From Hyphomicrobiales bacterium (lineage in GTDB: Bacteria; Pseudomonadota; Alphaproteobacteria; Rhizobiales; JAJFHC01), in assembly GCA_965227875.1 (NCBI GenBank), contig OZ245783.1, positions 5,089,929 through 5,153,928 of the forward strand: 64,000 bases of DNA, written 5' to 3'. Of the stretch, positions 47,757 through 57,953 are shown in pieces (within the stretch, counting starts at the first letter, position 1; each line of letters starts with the position of its first letter). The notes below the pieces were generated by a model. The model was given only the letters and a program-made list of their open reading frames with translations, made no database searches and was not told where the DNA came from. The position numbers were made by a program, and so were the translations under genes.

Positions 47757-47900
47757 CCCTCACCCGGGCCGCTGCCGGGCGACAGACGAATCCTGCACCC
47801 TGGTCTTGCGGCCGATTTCGAGACCGCTTCCGACTTTCCGGTTCCGGCTATCGTCGCGAACGCGGTTGCCGCCGCGACCGGCATCCGCGCCCCGGTAGCC

Positions 47901-49847
47901 TCACTCCGCCGCGAGAAGGCGCGCCCCGCGCGCCAGATCGGGCGGCAGGGCCTCTTCCGACAGCGCCTCGAGCGCACCGGCGAGTGTGGCCGTGGTCTGG
48001 TCACGCGACCCCAGGCGCCTGATGGAGACCGTCTTCTCCTCCGCCTCGCGCTTGCCGCAGACAAGCAGGACCGGGATCTTCGTCAGGGAGTGTTCGCGAA
48101 CCTTGTAGTTGATCTTCTCGTTACGCAGATCCGCTTCCGCACGTAGCCCCGCCTTTCTCGCGGCGTCCAGCACCTCGAGCGCGTAATCGTCCGCATCGGA
48201 CGTGATGGTCGCGACCATGACCTGCACCGGCGAAAGCCAGAGCGGGAAATGCCCGGCATAATTCTCGACCAGGATGCCCGTGAAACGTTCCAGCGAACCG
48301 AACATGGCCCGGTGCAGCATGACCGGGGTGTACTTGTCGCCGTCCGCGCCGATGTAGAAGGCGCCGAGCCGGCCGGGAAGATTCAGGTCGACCTGCAGCG
48401 TGCCGCATTGCCAGTCGCGCCCGATGGCATCGCGCAGCACGTACTCAAGCTTCGGCCCGTAGAAAGCGCCCTCACCCGGATTGAGCTCCAGTTCCAGACC
48501 GGCGGCCCGGACGGCTTCTTTCAGCGCTTCCTCGGACTTGTCCCAGATGTCGTCGGAGCCGACGCGCTTCTCGGGCCTGTCGGAAAACTTGATGACGACG
48601 TCTTCGAAGCCGAAATCCCGGTAGATGCTGAGGATCAGGTCGTTGATCTTCACGCATTCCTCGGTGATCTGTTCCTCCGTGCAGAAGACGTGCGCATCGT
48701 CCTGCGTGAACGAACGGACACGCATCACGCCGTGCAGCGCGCCGGATGGCTCGTAGCGGTGAACCTTGCCGAATTCGGCGATCTTGATCGGCAGGTCGCG
48801 ATAGCTTTTCAGGCCGTTCTTGAAGACCTGTACGTGCCCGGGGCAGTTCATGGGCTTGAGCGCGAATGTGCGTTCATCGGGCGTCACGCTGGTGAACATG
48901 TTCTCGCCGAACTTTTCCCAGTGGCCGGACGTCTCCCACAGCGAGCGGTCCAGCATGTCGGGGGTGTTCACCTCCACGTAGCCGGCATCTTCCTGGCGCC
49001 GGCGCATGTAGGAGATCAGCGTCTGGAAGAGCGTCCACCCCTTGGGATGCCAGAAGACGGAGCCGGGCCCCTCTTCCTGGAAGTGATACAGGTCCATTTC
49101 CCGCCCGAGGCGGCGATGGTCGCGTTTCTCGGCCTCCTCCAGCATGTGCAGGTAGGCCTTGAGATCCTTGTCGCTCGCCCAGGCGGTACCGTAGATGCGC
49201 TGGAGCATCGGATTGTTGGAATCGCCACGCCAGTAGGCTCCGGCCAGCTTGAGCAGCTTGAAGGCACTGCCGACCTTGCCCGTCGACGGCATGTGCGGGC
49301 CGCGGCAAAGGTCCAGCCATTCGCCCTGGCGATAGATCTTGAGGTCCTCGCCCTCCGGGATCGCATCGACGAGTTCGATCTTGTAGGTCTCACCGGCGGC
49401 ACGGAAATGATCCTTTGCCTCCTCGCGCGACCAGAATTCCTTCGTGAACGGTGCATCGCGCGCGATGATCTCGCGCATCTTGTCCTCGATCGCCTCGAGG
49501 TCTTCCGGCCTGAAGGGTTCTTCGCGGGCGAAGTCGTAGAAGAAGCCGTTCTCGATCACCGGGCCGATCGTGACCTGGGTGCCGGGGAACAGCGCCTGGA
49601 CCGCTTCGGCCATGACGTGCGCAGCGTCGTGGCGGATGAGCTCCAGCGCGGCCTCGTCGTCACGGGTGACGATCTCGATTTTCGAATCGTTTTCAATAGG
49701 ATCCGACAAGTCGCTCAGAATGCCGTTGACCTTCATGGCCACCGCCTTCTTGCTCAGCGACTTGGAAATTGACGCGGCCAGTTCCGCACCGCTCAGGGCG
49801 GAGTCGAATTCACGTTGTGCGCCATCGGGGAAGGTGATCGTGATCAT
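47901..49847 (-). CDS. thrS: Threonyl-tRNA synthetase
   Basis: Sequence [14 protein letters not shown] (TGS domain) with class II motifs. ATG 49847 has AGGAG 6 nt upstream. The track ORF extends spuriously to 50219. Confidence 0.95.
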   Translation of the reverse strand: MITITFPDGAQREFDSALSGAELAASISKSLSKKAVAMKVNGILSDLSDPIENDSKIEIVTRDDEAALELIRHDAAHVMAEAVQALFPGTQVTIGPVIENGFFYDFAREEPFRPEDLEAIEDKMREIIARDAPFTKEFWSREEAKDHFRAAGETYKIELVDAIPEGEDLKIYRQGEWLDLCRGPHMPSTGKVGSAFKLLKLAGAYWRGDSNNPMLQRIYGTAWASDKDLKAYLHMLEEAEKRDHRRLGREMDLYHFQEEGPGSVFWHPKGWTLFQTLISYMRRRQEDAGYVEVNTPDMLDRSLWETSGHWEKFGENMFTSVTPDERTFALKPMNCPGHVQVFKNGLKSYRDLPIKIAEFGKVHRYEPSGALHGVMRVRSFTQDDAHVFCTEEQITEECVKINDLILSIYRDFGFEDVVIKFSDRPEKRVGSDDIWDKSEEALKEAVRAAGLELELNPGEGAFYGPKLEYVLRDAIGRDWQCGTLQVDLNLPGRLGAFYIGADGDKYTPVMLHRAMFGSLERFTGILVENYAGHFPLWLSPVQVMVATITSDADDYALEVLDAARKAGLRAEADLRNEKINYKVREHSLTKIPVLLVCGKREAEEKTVSIRRLGSRDQTTATLAGALEALSEEALPPDLARGARLLAAE

Positions 49848-49921
49848 TTGCATCTCCTGCTCAGTCTCCGCCAACCATGCGGGTAAGTCCGAGTGCCGGG
49901 GGTTGATGTGTTTGCTCTGTC

Positions 49922-50272
49922 CTAGTCGTTCGTCTCGTCCGCAAACCGGTGAACGATGTGTCGTCCGCTCCACCTGCCGTAGCGCCAGGCCGAAAAGACA
50001 CCATGGCATTCGGTGATCCGGTCGGGCACCGGGTCCAGCCCCTGGCTTCCCCAGGGATGGCACCGCGTGAGCCGCGAAACCGTCAGCCAGCCGCCGCGCC
50101 ATGCACCATGTCGTTCGAACGCCGTCTGGGCGTAGGTCGAACATGAAGGCACGTGCCGGCAGGTGGCCGGCATGAACGGCGAAATGAACCACCTGTAGCC
50201 GAACAGCGGAATACGCCACAACAGCGACGGTACCTGTCGGACAATGCCCGCTATGGTTTTGTCAGTCTGCAT
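49922..50272 (-). CDS. yidD: Membrane protein insertion efficiency factor YidD
   Basis: Sequence [31 protein letters not shown]...RLTRCHPW. Confidence 0.8.
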   Translation of the reverse strand: MQTDKTIAGIVRQVPSLLWRIPLFGYRWFISPFMPATCRHVPSCSTYAQTAFERHGAWRGGWLTVSRLTRCHPWGSQGLDPVPDRITECHGVFSAWRYGRWSGRHIVHRFADETND

Positions 50273-50362
50273 GAACGCATCGTTGGCCGGTATCGGGACG
50301 GACAGGGCCTGCATACGTGCCCGTCTGCGCGCAGGTCAAGGAGAAACCGCGGGTTTCCGCCT

Positions 50363-50815
50363 TCAGGCGGCATCGCCCGTATCGCCCCGCGCCGCATGAA
50401 CCTGCGCCATGGCATCCTCCACCGCGTCGAAGGTGAGCAGCGTCGAAGCGTGCCTGGCCTTGAAGTCCCGCACCGGTTCGAGGACGGCGAGGTCCGCCCA
50501 CTTCCCGTCCGGCGGCGGGCCATCCTCCTTGAGCATCTTGCGCATGCGCTCGGCGACATCGTGGATCTCGTCTTCGGTGGACCCGACAACGAGCCGCGCC
50601 ATGATGGAGGACGATGCCTGGCCGAGCGCGCAGGCCTTCACGTCGTGCCCGAAATCCGTGATCACGTCGCCGTCCATGACGATGTCCACCGTTACCTTGC
50701 TTCCGCACAGCCTGCTGTGGGCCACGGCTGTCGCATCGGGGTTCTCGAGGCGTTTTAGTCGCGGAATGTCTGCAGCGAGTTGCAGGATCTTCTTGTTGTA
50801 GACGTCGTTGAGCAT
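50363..50815 (-). CDS. Iron-sulfur cluster assembly scaffold (IscU/NifU N-terminal-like)
   Basis: Sequence MLNDVYNKKILQLAADIP...RLCGSKVTVDI...VKACALGQASSS. Confidence 0.8.
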   Translation of the reverse strand: MLNDVYNKKILQLAADIPRLKRLENPDATAVAHSRLCGSKVTVDIVMDGDVITDFGHDVKACALGQASSSIMARLVVGSTEDEIHDVAERMRKMLKEDGPPPDGKWADLAVLEPVRDFKARHASTLLTFDAVEDAMAQVHAARGDTGDAA

Positions 50816-51041
50816 GCGGAATTGCGGCTTTCGTGCGCTAATGTATGTTTCGGTGTCGCCTTTGGCATTGCCTGATCGGTTCGCCGACACAATATAGCGA
50901 AACCGGATACCGAGACCATAGCGGACGCCGGGTCCGATACGCGCATCGCGGCATTTTGTGCCGCTTGCGGCGGATGATCAGGGAATGTATATCGACCCAC
51001 GGATTGAAACGGTTATGCGTTCCGGGCCATTCATGCCCGGA

Positions 51042-51121
51042 TCGACGGTGCGCCCTCCTGTGTCTTTGCCGGGAAACGTCGCCGGAAGACCCATGAAAGG
51101 ACGGCACGCCCCGTCGAGGAG
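51042..51121 (+). promoter_or_regulatory. Rod-like hairpin overlapping the folE Shine-Dalgarno (THF-II/folE-motif riboswitch candidate)
   Basis: Hand fold: outer stem 51042-51048/51111-51117 plus 51050-51052/51107-51109, an internal loop, and inner stem 51062-51066/51086-51090 plus 51069-51072/51082-51085. SD GAGGAG lies at 51116-51121 and the ATG at 51130. Confidence 0.25.
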
Positions 51122-51129
51122 TGCGTAAC

Positions 51130-51750
51130 ATGGACGCCATTGTGAAAAAGCTGGCTACAGACGAAGTCGCGTCGATCACCCGCCCGACGCGCGAGGAAGC
51201 CGAAGAGGCCGTGCGGACGCTGATCGCATGGGCTGGGGACGACCCCGAGCGCGAAGGCCTGCGCGATACCCCGAAACGGGTGGTGAACGCCTATCGCGAG
51301 TTCTTCGCCGGTTACGAGGAAGACCCCGACAAGGTGCTCACCCGCACGTTCGAGGATGTCGGGGGTTACGACGACATCGTGATGCTGCGGGACATCGATT
51401 TCTCCTCCCATTGCGAGCATCACATCGTGCCCTTCATCGGGCGCCTGCACATCGCCTATCTGCCGACCGACAAGGTCGTCGGCATTTCCAAGCTTGCCCG
51501 CGTGGCGGACATCTATGCCCGACGCATGCAGACGCAGGAAACCATGACGGCACAGATCGCCGGCAGCATCGACCGTGCGCTCGAACCCCGCGGCGTGGCG
51601 GTGATGATCGAGGCGATCCACCAGTGCATGTCAATGCGCGGCGTGGCCAAGCGCGACGTGGCCACGATCACCACCCAGTTCACCGGCGAGTTCAAGACCG
51701 ACCCGGAACTGCAGGCCCGATTCATGCGCCTGTGCCGGGGCCGCGACTAG
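51130..51750 (+). CDS. folE: GTP cyclohydrolase I
   Basis: Sequence [20 protein letters not shown]...[12 protein letters not shown]...RMQTQE. GTG 51121 is an alternative start. Confidence 0.9.
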   Translation: MDAIVKKLATDEVASITRPTREEAEEAVRTLIAWAGDDPEREGLRDTPKRVVNAYREFFAGYEEDPDKVLTRTFEDVGGYDDIVMLRDIDFSSHCEHHIVPFIGRLHIAYLPTDKVVGISKLARVADIYARRMQTQETMTAQIAGSIDRALEPRGVAVMIEAIHQCMSMRGVAKRDVATITTQFTGEFKTDPELQARFMRLCRGRD

Positions 51751-51777
51751 TCCGGTCGGAAACACGGAGCAGTTCTC

Positions 51778-52266
51778 ATGTCCGAACGAGACGAAACGGC
51801 ATTCGCCGAGCGCAAGACGGTCGAACAGGTCGAGGAAGGCCACGAACTCGCACCGAAGTTCGATGCCGACGGCCTGTTGCCCGTGGTCACGACCGATGCG
51901 GCCTCCGGCGAGGTCCTCATGCTCGGCTACATGAACGACGAGGCGCTGAGGCGCACCGTGGAGACCGGTGAGGCGCATTACTGGAGCCGGTCCCGGAAGG
52001 TGCTCTGGCACAAGGGCGCCACGAGCGGGCTCGTGCAGAAGGTCGTCGACATGCGCATCGACGACGACCAGGATGCGGTGTGGCTGGCCGTCGACGTCGG
52101 CGGCAGCGGCGCAAGCTGCCATGTCGGTTACCGGTCCTGTTTCTACCGGTCGATCCCGACCGGGAGTGCCGTCACCCCCGACCTTCGCCTGCAGTACCGC
52201 GAGGACACCAAGACCTTCGACCCCCTCGAGGTCTACGGCGACGTACCGAACCCGACCCAGCTCTAG
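51778..52266 (+). CDS. hisI: Phosphoribosyl-AMP cyclohydrolase
   Basis: Sequence [25 protein letters not shown]...[17 protein letters not shown]...DQDAVWL. Confidence 0.9.
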   Translation: MSERDETAFAERKTVEQVEEGHELAPKFDADGLLPVVTTDAASGEVLMLGYMNDEALRRTVETGEAHYWSRSRKVLWHKGATSGLVQKVVDMRIDDDQDAVWLAVDVGGSGASCHVGYRSCFYRSIPTGSAVTPDLRLQYREDTKTFDPLEVYGDVPNPTQL

Positions 52267-52446
52267 GATATACTGACCGCCCGCAGTTTTGTCTGCAGGA
52301 CGGACGGTTGACATCGTGGAGCCGTCCCGACCGCGAAGACGCCGCGCATGCTTGCGGCCCCGGCGCGTGCCCTCTCGGCCGCGATTCCCCTCTTCACCGA
52401 AATTTAGCCCGTGCGCCCGTACTATCGGGTAAAAGCAGGTGACATC

Positions 52447-53451
52447 ATGTTTTGGAACCCTCTGGCCGGCAGCAGAATTGACGACGGGATCCCCTCGTCC
52501 TCGAGTCCGGCCCGACCAAGGGGCAGGAAAGTGAAACTGGGAATCGCCTTCGGCTCGGGGGCAGCCAGGGGTTGGGCTCATATCGGCGTCATCCGCAGGC
52601 TTGCCGAAGCCGGTATCGTGCCCGATGTGATCTCGGGCACATCGATCGGCGCGCTCGTCGGCGGCTGTCATGCGGCAGGCAAGCTCGATGAGCTGGAGGA
52701 ATTCGCCCGCACGCTGACCCGTCGTCGCCTCTTCGGTCTCCTGGACATCACGTGGAGCGGCAGCGGCATCATCGGCGGAAACCGCCTGACCGACCTCCTG
52801 ATGCGGGAACTCGGCTCCACCCGCATCGAAGACCTTGCAACGCCGTTCACCTGCATCGCCACCGAACTGTCCACCGGCCACGAACTCTGGCTCAACAAGG
52901 GGCGGCTCGTGGATGCCCTTCGCGCGTCCTACGCCCTGCCGGGCGTGTTCAAGCCGGTGCAGATCGACGGCCGCTGGCTTATCGACGGCGCGGTCGTGAA
53001 CCCCATACCGGTGTCGGCATGCCGGGCACTCGGCGCGCGCATGGTGATCGCGGTCAATCTCAATACCGATGACCTCGGCGGCGGAACGGTCATCCAGTCG
53101 CCCGGCGCACCGCATGTTCAACTGGCAAGAACCGAAGGCGAAGAAGGCGTCGAGCCCTCGGGCGTCCCGTCTTCCATATTCCAGGCGTTTCGGTCGGATC
53201 ACCCCGATCAGCCGAGCGTGACGGCGGTTCTCGTTGCCGCCTTCAACATTTCGCAGGATCGCCTGGCGCGCTCCCGCCTCGCGGGGGATCCGCCCGATCT
53301 GGTCATTTCCCCGCGTGCGGCAGACATCGGCCTGTTCGATTTCGATCGCGCCGCCGACAGCATCGCGCTCGGCTACCGCGCCGTCGACCATGCGCTGCCA
53401 TATCTCGAACGTGTGGTGGATGCATATGCCGCGAGCGAACCGGACGCCTGA
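52447..53451 (+). CDS. Patatin-like phospholipase
   Basis: It has GSGAARGWAHIG (oxyanion), the GTSIG nucleophile elbow and the DGA(V) catalytic Asp. Confidence 0.85.
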   Translation: MFWNPLAGSRIDDGIPSSSSPARPRGRKVKLGIAFGSGAARGWAHIGVIRRLAEAGIVPDVISGTSIGALVGGCHAAGKLDELEEFARTLTRRRLFGLLDITWSGSGIIGGNRLTDLLMRELGSTRIEDLATPFTCIATELSTGHELWLNKGRLVDALRASYALPGVFKPVQIDGRWLIDGAVVNPIPVSACRALGARMVIAVNLNTDDLGGGTVIQSPGAPHVQLARTEGEEGVEPSGVPSSIFQAFRSDHPDQPSVTAVLVAAFNISQDRLARSRLAGDPPDLVISPRAADIGLFDFDRAADSIALGYRAVDHALPYLERVVDAYAASEPDA

Positions 53452-53474
53452 CGCGCGCTGCGCCCGCCCGGCCG

Positions 53475-53906
53475 TCAGCCTGACGCGATATATGTGCGCA
53501 TGGCTTCGGCTTCCTGCTCCGCTTCCGCGATCCTCTGTTTGACGACATCCCCGATGGAGACGATCCCGATCAGCTTTCCCTCTTCGACGACGGGAAGGTG
53601 ACGGAAGCGGCCGGCCGTCATCCTCTCCATGAGTTCAGCCACGGTATCGTCGAGGCCGCAGGTCACCACGTCACTGGTCATGTGCTGACCTGCGGTCTGC
53701 TCGAGAACACCCGCGCCCCCCGAACAAATCGCCCGCACGACGTCGCGTTCGGAGATGATGCCTTCGACATGGCCCGCGTCGTCCACCACGATCAGCGCCC
53801 CGACCTTGTGCTCGGCCAGGCTGCCCGTGATCTCCATCAGGCTCGATCCGGCCCTGACGGTGGCGACGTCCCTGCCCTTGATGTCCAGTATGGTAGCAAC
53901 GTTCAT
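53475..53906 (-). CDS. CBS-domain pair protein
   Basis: ATG 53906 has AGGAG upstream. Two CBS repeats are present (GALIVVDD..., LPVVEEGKLIGIVSIGDV). Confidence 0.85.
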   Translation of the reverse strand: MNVATILDIKGRDVATVRAGSSLMEITGSLAEHKVGALIVVDDAGHVEGIISERDVVRAICSGGAGVLEQTAGQHMTSDVVTCGLDDTVAELMERMTAGRFRHLPVVEEGKLIGIVSIGDVVKQRIAEAEQEAEAMRTYIASG

Positions 53907-54178
53907 GGCAATCTCCTTTCCACACTTGGCCGTGTAGTCGTTATTGCCCGGTCCGCCTTGGTGCGAGTCCGGGGCTCCGGCCGCATCGGGACGCGTGCGC
54001 GTTGGCGCATGTCCAGGGTGAAAGCATGCGCTACAAGGCATTTGTTGGCAAGTCGGGGCGATATTCAGGCAATTCGGTGAAAATCATTCGGCCCGGGTGT
54101 GAATCCCTGTTTGTCTACGAACGAGGCACACGCTAGTTTCGGTATGTAACGGCCCCGTCGGGCCCCGCGTCCCACAAT

Positions 54179-55525
54179 ATGCGGTTTGGCATGAGTATCG
54201 CCCTCAACTATCGAAAGCGCGTCCGGCACGACGTCGATTCATGGGTGGCGAGGGGCTGGGTCAGGCCTGAACACGCCGCGGACCTCGTGGAGTCGATACC
54301 CGACCGGAGCCTGCGCGACTCCCTGCCTTCGATCATTGCCATGCTCGGCGCCGTCCTCCTGGCGTTCGCCGCCATGACCTTTGTCGCATCGAACTGGCAC
54401 GGGATCCCGAAGGTGTTGCGCCTCGCCGGCCTGTTTGCGGTCATGTGGTGCACCTGGCTGGGGGCCATTGCCGCATACCGCACGGCACATCGCTATCTCT
54501 TCGAAGCGGCGGTCGTCCTGGGATGTGGAATGTTCGGCGTGAACATCATGCTGATCGCCCAGATGTACCACATCGATTCCCACTATCCCGACGGGGTTCT
54601 GCTGTGGGCGATGGGAAGCCTCCTCGTTGCCGGCCTCACCCGGTCCGTCGGTGCGGTGATCGCCGGTTTCGGGCTGCTCTGCCTCTGGACGGCGATGATC
54701 TCCGTCGAGTTTCGCAATGGCGTGCACTGGGAATTCCTGATCGCATGGTCCGCCGCGGCCTGGCTGGTCTGGCATGACCGGTGGAACGAGGGCTTGTCGA
54801 TCACGCTGATCGCCGGACTGGTCTGGGCCAACCTGTCGCTGATTTCTGCAGGCGATGCACATGACTGGCCGTTTCCGGTGGTGCTTTCCCTGCTGACCGT
54901 ATTTTCGCTCGCGATGCTGCTGTTGATCAGAGTCGTGAAGACCACTTCGCTCGCCGCCTTCGTCGGCACCCAGACGGCGACGATGGCGATCGGGTTCGTT
55001 GCGGTCATCCTGGGTATCTTCACGCTGCAGTTCTTCACCGGCGATCTGGCGGAGACCAGCTTTTTCGCGGCAGCCGAAGGCGGACCCGCATATTTTCACT
55101 GGGCCGGTCCGTTTGCCGTTGCGTGTGCGGCCGCAGTTGCGCTCGCCGCGACGCTCCACTGGCGTGGCGGTGCCGACGTAAGGGATGTCATCGCGGCCGG
55201 CGGTGCGGCAGCGATCGTATTTTTGATCGTCGCGTTCGCCTGGAACGAGGCTCTTGCCGTCGCCGTGATGGCCGCGGGCTTTTTCGGGCTCAGCGTCTGG
55301 CTCATCGATACCGGACAGCGCACGGACCGCACGGCTTTGATCAATTTCGGGTTTGTCGCCTTCGGCGCCGAGGCGCTCTACGTTTACTTCCGCACGCTCG
55401 GCACACTTCTGGACACCGCGCTGTTCTTCCTGCTGGGCGGCGTCATCCTTTTCGCGCTGGCCCTCGTGCTCGAACGCACCCGCCGCCTGATGCTGCACCG
55501 GCGCAGGACGGAGCAAGACCCGTGA
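54179..55525 (+). CDS. DUF2157-type polytopic membrane protein (appears fused to a DUF4401-like multi-TM region)
   Basis: The N-terminus WVARGWVRPEHAADLVESIP is followed by about 12 hydrophobic helices. Confidence 0.75.
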   Translation: MRFGMSIALNYRKRVRHDVDSWVARGWVRPEHAADLVESIPDRSLRDSLPSIIAMLGAVLLAFAAMTFVASNWHGIPKVLRLAGLFAVMWCTWLGAIAAYRTAHRYLFEAAVVLGCGMFGVNIMLIAQMYHIDSHYPDGVLLWAMGSLLVAGLTRSVGAVIAGFGLLCLWTAMISVEFRNGVHWEFLIAWSAAAWLVWHDRWNEGLSITLIAGLVWANLSLISAGDAHDWPFPVVLSLLTVFSLAMLLLIRVVKTTSLAAFVGTQTATMAIGFVAVILGIFTLQFFTGDLAETSFFAAAEGGPAYFHWAGPFAVACAAAVALAATLHWRGGADVRDVIAAGGAAAIVFLIVAFAWNEALAVAVMAAGFFGLSVWLIDTGQRTDRTALINFGFVAFGAEALYVYFRTLGTLLDTALFFLLGGVILFALALVLERTRRLMLHRRRTEQDP

Positions 55526-56100
55526 TCGTCGTCGCCGGAAAGGTCACCCGAAACATCCTGCTCGTCGCGGGCCTGCTGACCCTCGTGCTTTTTGGCATGA
55601 TCTGGGAACGGGTCGACCTCCTGCGCAGCGGGCGCGCCATCGTCCTCGATGTCGTTCCCGTCGACCCGCGGTCCCTTTTCCGCGGCGATTACGTCATCCT
55701 GCGCTACCCGATCAGCCGCATCGATCTCGGCACCGTCGAGGGAGACAAGGTTTTCTCGAAACACGACAAGATATATGTCGGCCTCAAGCAGAACGAGGAT
55801 GCGACGTGGCAGGCCTTTTCCGTGCATGCGGACAAGCCCCCTGTCGTCGGTGCCGTCGCCTATCTGAAAGGCCGGGTCACGTCGGCGATTTGCCCGGCAG
55901 GCGGGTCCGACTGCAGCCAGGTTCGCGTGAAGTACGGCCTGGAAAGCTATTTCGTCCCCGAGGGCAAGGGGAAGCAGCTCGAACAGATGATCGCCGACAG
56001 GCGGCTTCAGGTTGCCGCCCGTGTTTCCGACGATGGCGATGCCGCCATCGAGGCCCTCGCCGTGGACGGGACGCGCTTCTATGGCGCACCGCTGTTCTGA
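55522..56100 (+). CDS. GDYXXLXY domain protein
   Basis: The GTG start overlaps the upstream stop (GTGA). It has one TM helix followed by the motif RGDYVILRY. Confidence 0.8.
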   Translation: MIVVAGKVTRNILLVAGLLTLVLFGMIWERVDLLRSGRAIVLDVVPVDPRSLFRGDYVILRYPISRIDLGTVEGDKVFSKHDKIYVGLKQNEDATWQAFSVHADKPPVVGAVAYLKGRVTSAICPAGGSDCSQVRVKYGLESYFVPEGKGKQLEQMIADRRLQVAARVSDDGDAAIEALAVDGTRFYGAPLF

Positions 56101-56124
56101 CCCTCGAACGCAGGGCGAAAACCC

Positions 56125-56877
56125 CTACAGCAGATCCGAGCGTTGCTCTCCTGCCCGATCGAACAGTCCGAAAAGTACGAGCCCGGCGACAAAACCGCCG
56201 ATATGTGCTTCCCAGGCGACACGGCTGTCCTCGGCGACGAGCGGCGTCGAGCCCACGCCGAAGGCGTAGTTGAGCACCAGCCAGACCGCGATGAAGGCGA
56301 GCACCCCCGGACTGGCGAGGAACCGGCGCAGGGAGGCCACCGGCCGCTCGGCTCCGCCGGCGCGAATGGCCTGGCCGGAGTACAGCAGCCGCATCGCGGC
56401 GGCGAACACGCCGGCGACCGCGCCCGACGCCCCGATCACGGGCACCAGCAGGCCCCAGTTGAATATGAGCATCGCCGCGGCGCCGGCGGCGGCGCAGAGC
56501 GCGCAGAACAGCACGAACGAGACCGAGGGAACGCGCCGGGCCACGGCACTGCCGAAGGCCAGGAGGAAGAGCGAGTTCATCGCCAGGTGGACCCAGTCGC
56601 CGTGAATGAGCGCGTGGGTAAAGAACGTCCAGATGTCCGCACCGAGCCCCCCGGGGAGCATTTCGGCAGGTATCGACGGATCCCCGCCGCCATACCTGGC
56701 CGGGATGAAGGAAAACCAGAGCAGAAGGAGAATGTCCGTCGATTCGCTCAGGAAGGTCCGCAAGACGTGGATCGCCAGCAGAAGACCGAGCAGCACCACG
56801 ACGACCCGTGGCGCGTTTATCGCCGGTTGGGATTCCTCCTCGTCGGACCAGGACACAAATGCACTCCTCTTCTTCAT
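56125..56877 (-). CDS. Rhomboid family intramembrane serine protease
   Basis: ATG 56877. Motifs HGDWVHLAMN, GASGAVAG (Ser) and AHIGGFVAG (His). The track ORF extends spuriously to 57603. Confidence 0.85.
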   Translation of the reverse strand: MKKRSAFVSWSDEEESQPAINAPRVVVVLLGLLLAIHVLRTFLSESTDILLLLWFSFIPARYGGGDPSIPAEMLPGGLGADIWTFFTHALIHGDWVHLAMNSLFLLAFGSAVARRVPSVSFVLFCALCAAAGAAAMLIFNWGLLVPVIGASGAVAGVFAAAMRLLYSGQAIRAGGAERPVASLRRFLASPGVLAFIAVWLVLNYAFGVGSTPLVAEDSRVAWEAHIGGFVAGLVLFGLFDRAGEQRSDLL

Positions 56878-57041
56878 TTCCGCTGTTCGCCGCACCGGTG
56901 TCCCGTAATGGGACAGTCCGCCGGGACGATCCTGAATCGCGGGCCACTCTGTAACAGAAAAATGGTTCTGGCCACTCCCGCCGCAAGGGGCTCGGCTCTG
57001 GAATCCGCATGTTTCCGGCAATTTTCGCCGACAAATCCAAC

Positions 57042-57057
57042 TGGCACGCTTTCTGCT
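57042..57057 (+). promoter_or_regulatory. Sigma-54-like -24/-12 element TGGCACG-N4-CTGC
   Basis: TGGCACGCTTTCTGCT has correct GG-to-GC spacing and one mismatch to TGGCACG-N4-TTGC. It lies about 105 nt upstream of the PAS_5 gene ATG. Confidence 0.25.
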
Positions 57058-57162
57058 CCCGTCATCCCGAGTTTCTGGAGGCCGGTACACAGGGCACTCC
57101 GGGCGGGACGGCCCGACAGCCGTCCCGCCGGCACCAACAAAACAGGACCGACGGGGCGAGTT

Positions 57163-57816
57163 ATGAAACTGAAGCAGACCAAGGCACTCTACGATTACTG
57201 GAACAGGCTTCGCGGAAACGAGGACGCGCCGTTTCGCTCGCAGATCGATCCGACATCCTTCAGGCACCTGCTCCCCGACGTGTTCATTCTCCAGTGCGAC
57301 AGCGACACGGAATACCCCTTCCGGATTGCCGGCACGCGGCTGTGTTCGAACATCGGCGCGGAGCTTCGCGGCCGGAATTTCCTCGACCTGTGGGCCCCGA
57401 ACGAACGCGAGGGCCTCGAATCCGTTCTCATGAGCGCCAAGGAAAATGCCGCAGCCGCCGTGCTCGGCATCAAGGCCACGACCGACGACGGGCGCACCGC
57501 CGAATTCGAGCTTGTGCTGCTTCCGCTGCGACTGTCCGATCACACCTGCGCCCAGGTCATCGGGGCGTTCGCGCCCTACAAGGCCGAACACTGGCTTGGC
57601 CATGTTCCCATAACGGCGATGACGATCACCGGCCTGCGGCTCATCTGGCCGAACCGGATGCCAGTCCGGGACGAGTACAGCCCGAAGGAGCTTCCGGCGG
57701 ACCGTCGCAGCGCGCAGAAGCCCGTCTTCCAGCCTTCGGTCGGGACCCGGTCGGAGCGGCCAAAGCTCGTCGTGATCGAAGGCGGCCTCTCCGACAAGGT
57801 GGCCGAACTCGGCTGA
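57163..57816 (+). CDS. PAS_5 / DUF1457 family protein
   Basis: Sequence MKLKQTKALYDYWNRLRGNEDAPFRSQIDPTSFRHLLPDVFIL... is typical of this alphaproteobacterial family. Confidence 0.8.
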   Translation: MKLKQTKALYDYWNRLRGNEDAPFRSQIDPTSFRHLLPDVFILQCDSDTEYPFRIAGTRLCSNIGAELRGRNFLDLWAPNEREGLESVLMSAKENAAAAVLGIKATTDDGRTAEFELVLLPLRLSDHTCAQVIGAFAPYKAEHWLGHVPITAMTITGLRLIWPNRMPVRDEYSPKELPADRRSAQKPVFQPSVGTRSERPKLVVIEGGLSDKVAELG

Positions 57817-57843
57817 CCCCGTCCACGGACCTGCTCCCCCGTC

Positions 57844-57876
57844 ACGCCCGCGCCCGCCAGTTCCGCGCGCGGGCGT
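57844..57876 (+). terminator. GC-rich hairpin downstream of the PAS_5 gene
   Basis: ACGCCCGCGC-13 nt-GCGCGGGCGT forms a perfect 10-bp stem with no clear T-run. Confidence 0.35.
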
Positions 57877-57953
57877 AACATCTCGTTAACCATGACGGCG
57901 CTAGACTTTCCTCAATCGGAGTCCGTCAGCTGCGGACCCCATCGCTGTCAGGA

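Noticed and set aside
48249-49772. 507-aa plus-strand ORF opposite thrS.
   Set aside because: It is an antisense shadow of a universally conserved gene.
54239-55516. 425-aa minus-strand ORF opposite the DUF2157 membrane protein.
   Set aside because: It is a highly charged Arg/Asp/Gly-rich translation. The plus frame gives coherent TM helices and couples to the GDYXXLXY gene.
56143-57162. N-terminal 340 codons of plus-strand ORF 56143..57816.
   Set aside because: It is antisense to the rhomboid gene. The PAS_5 family sequence begins only at ATG 57163.
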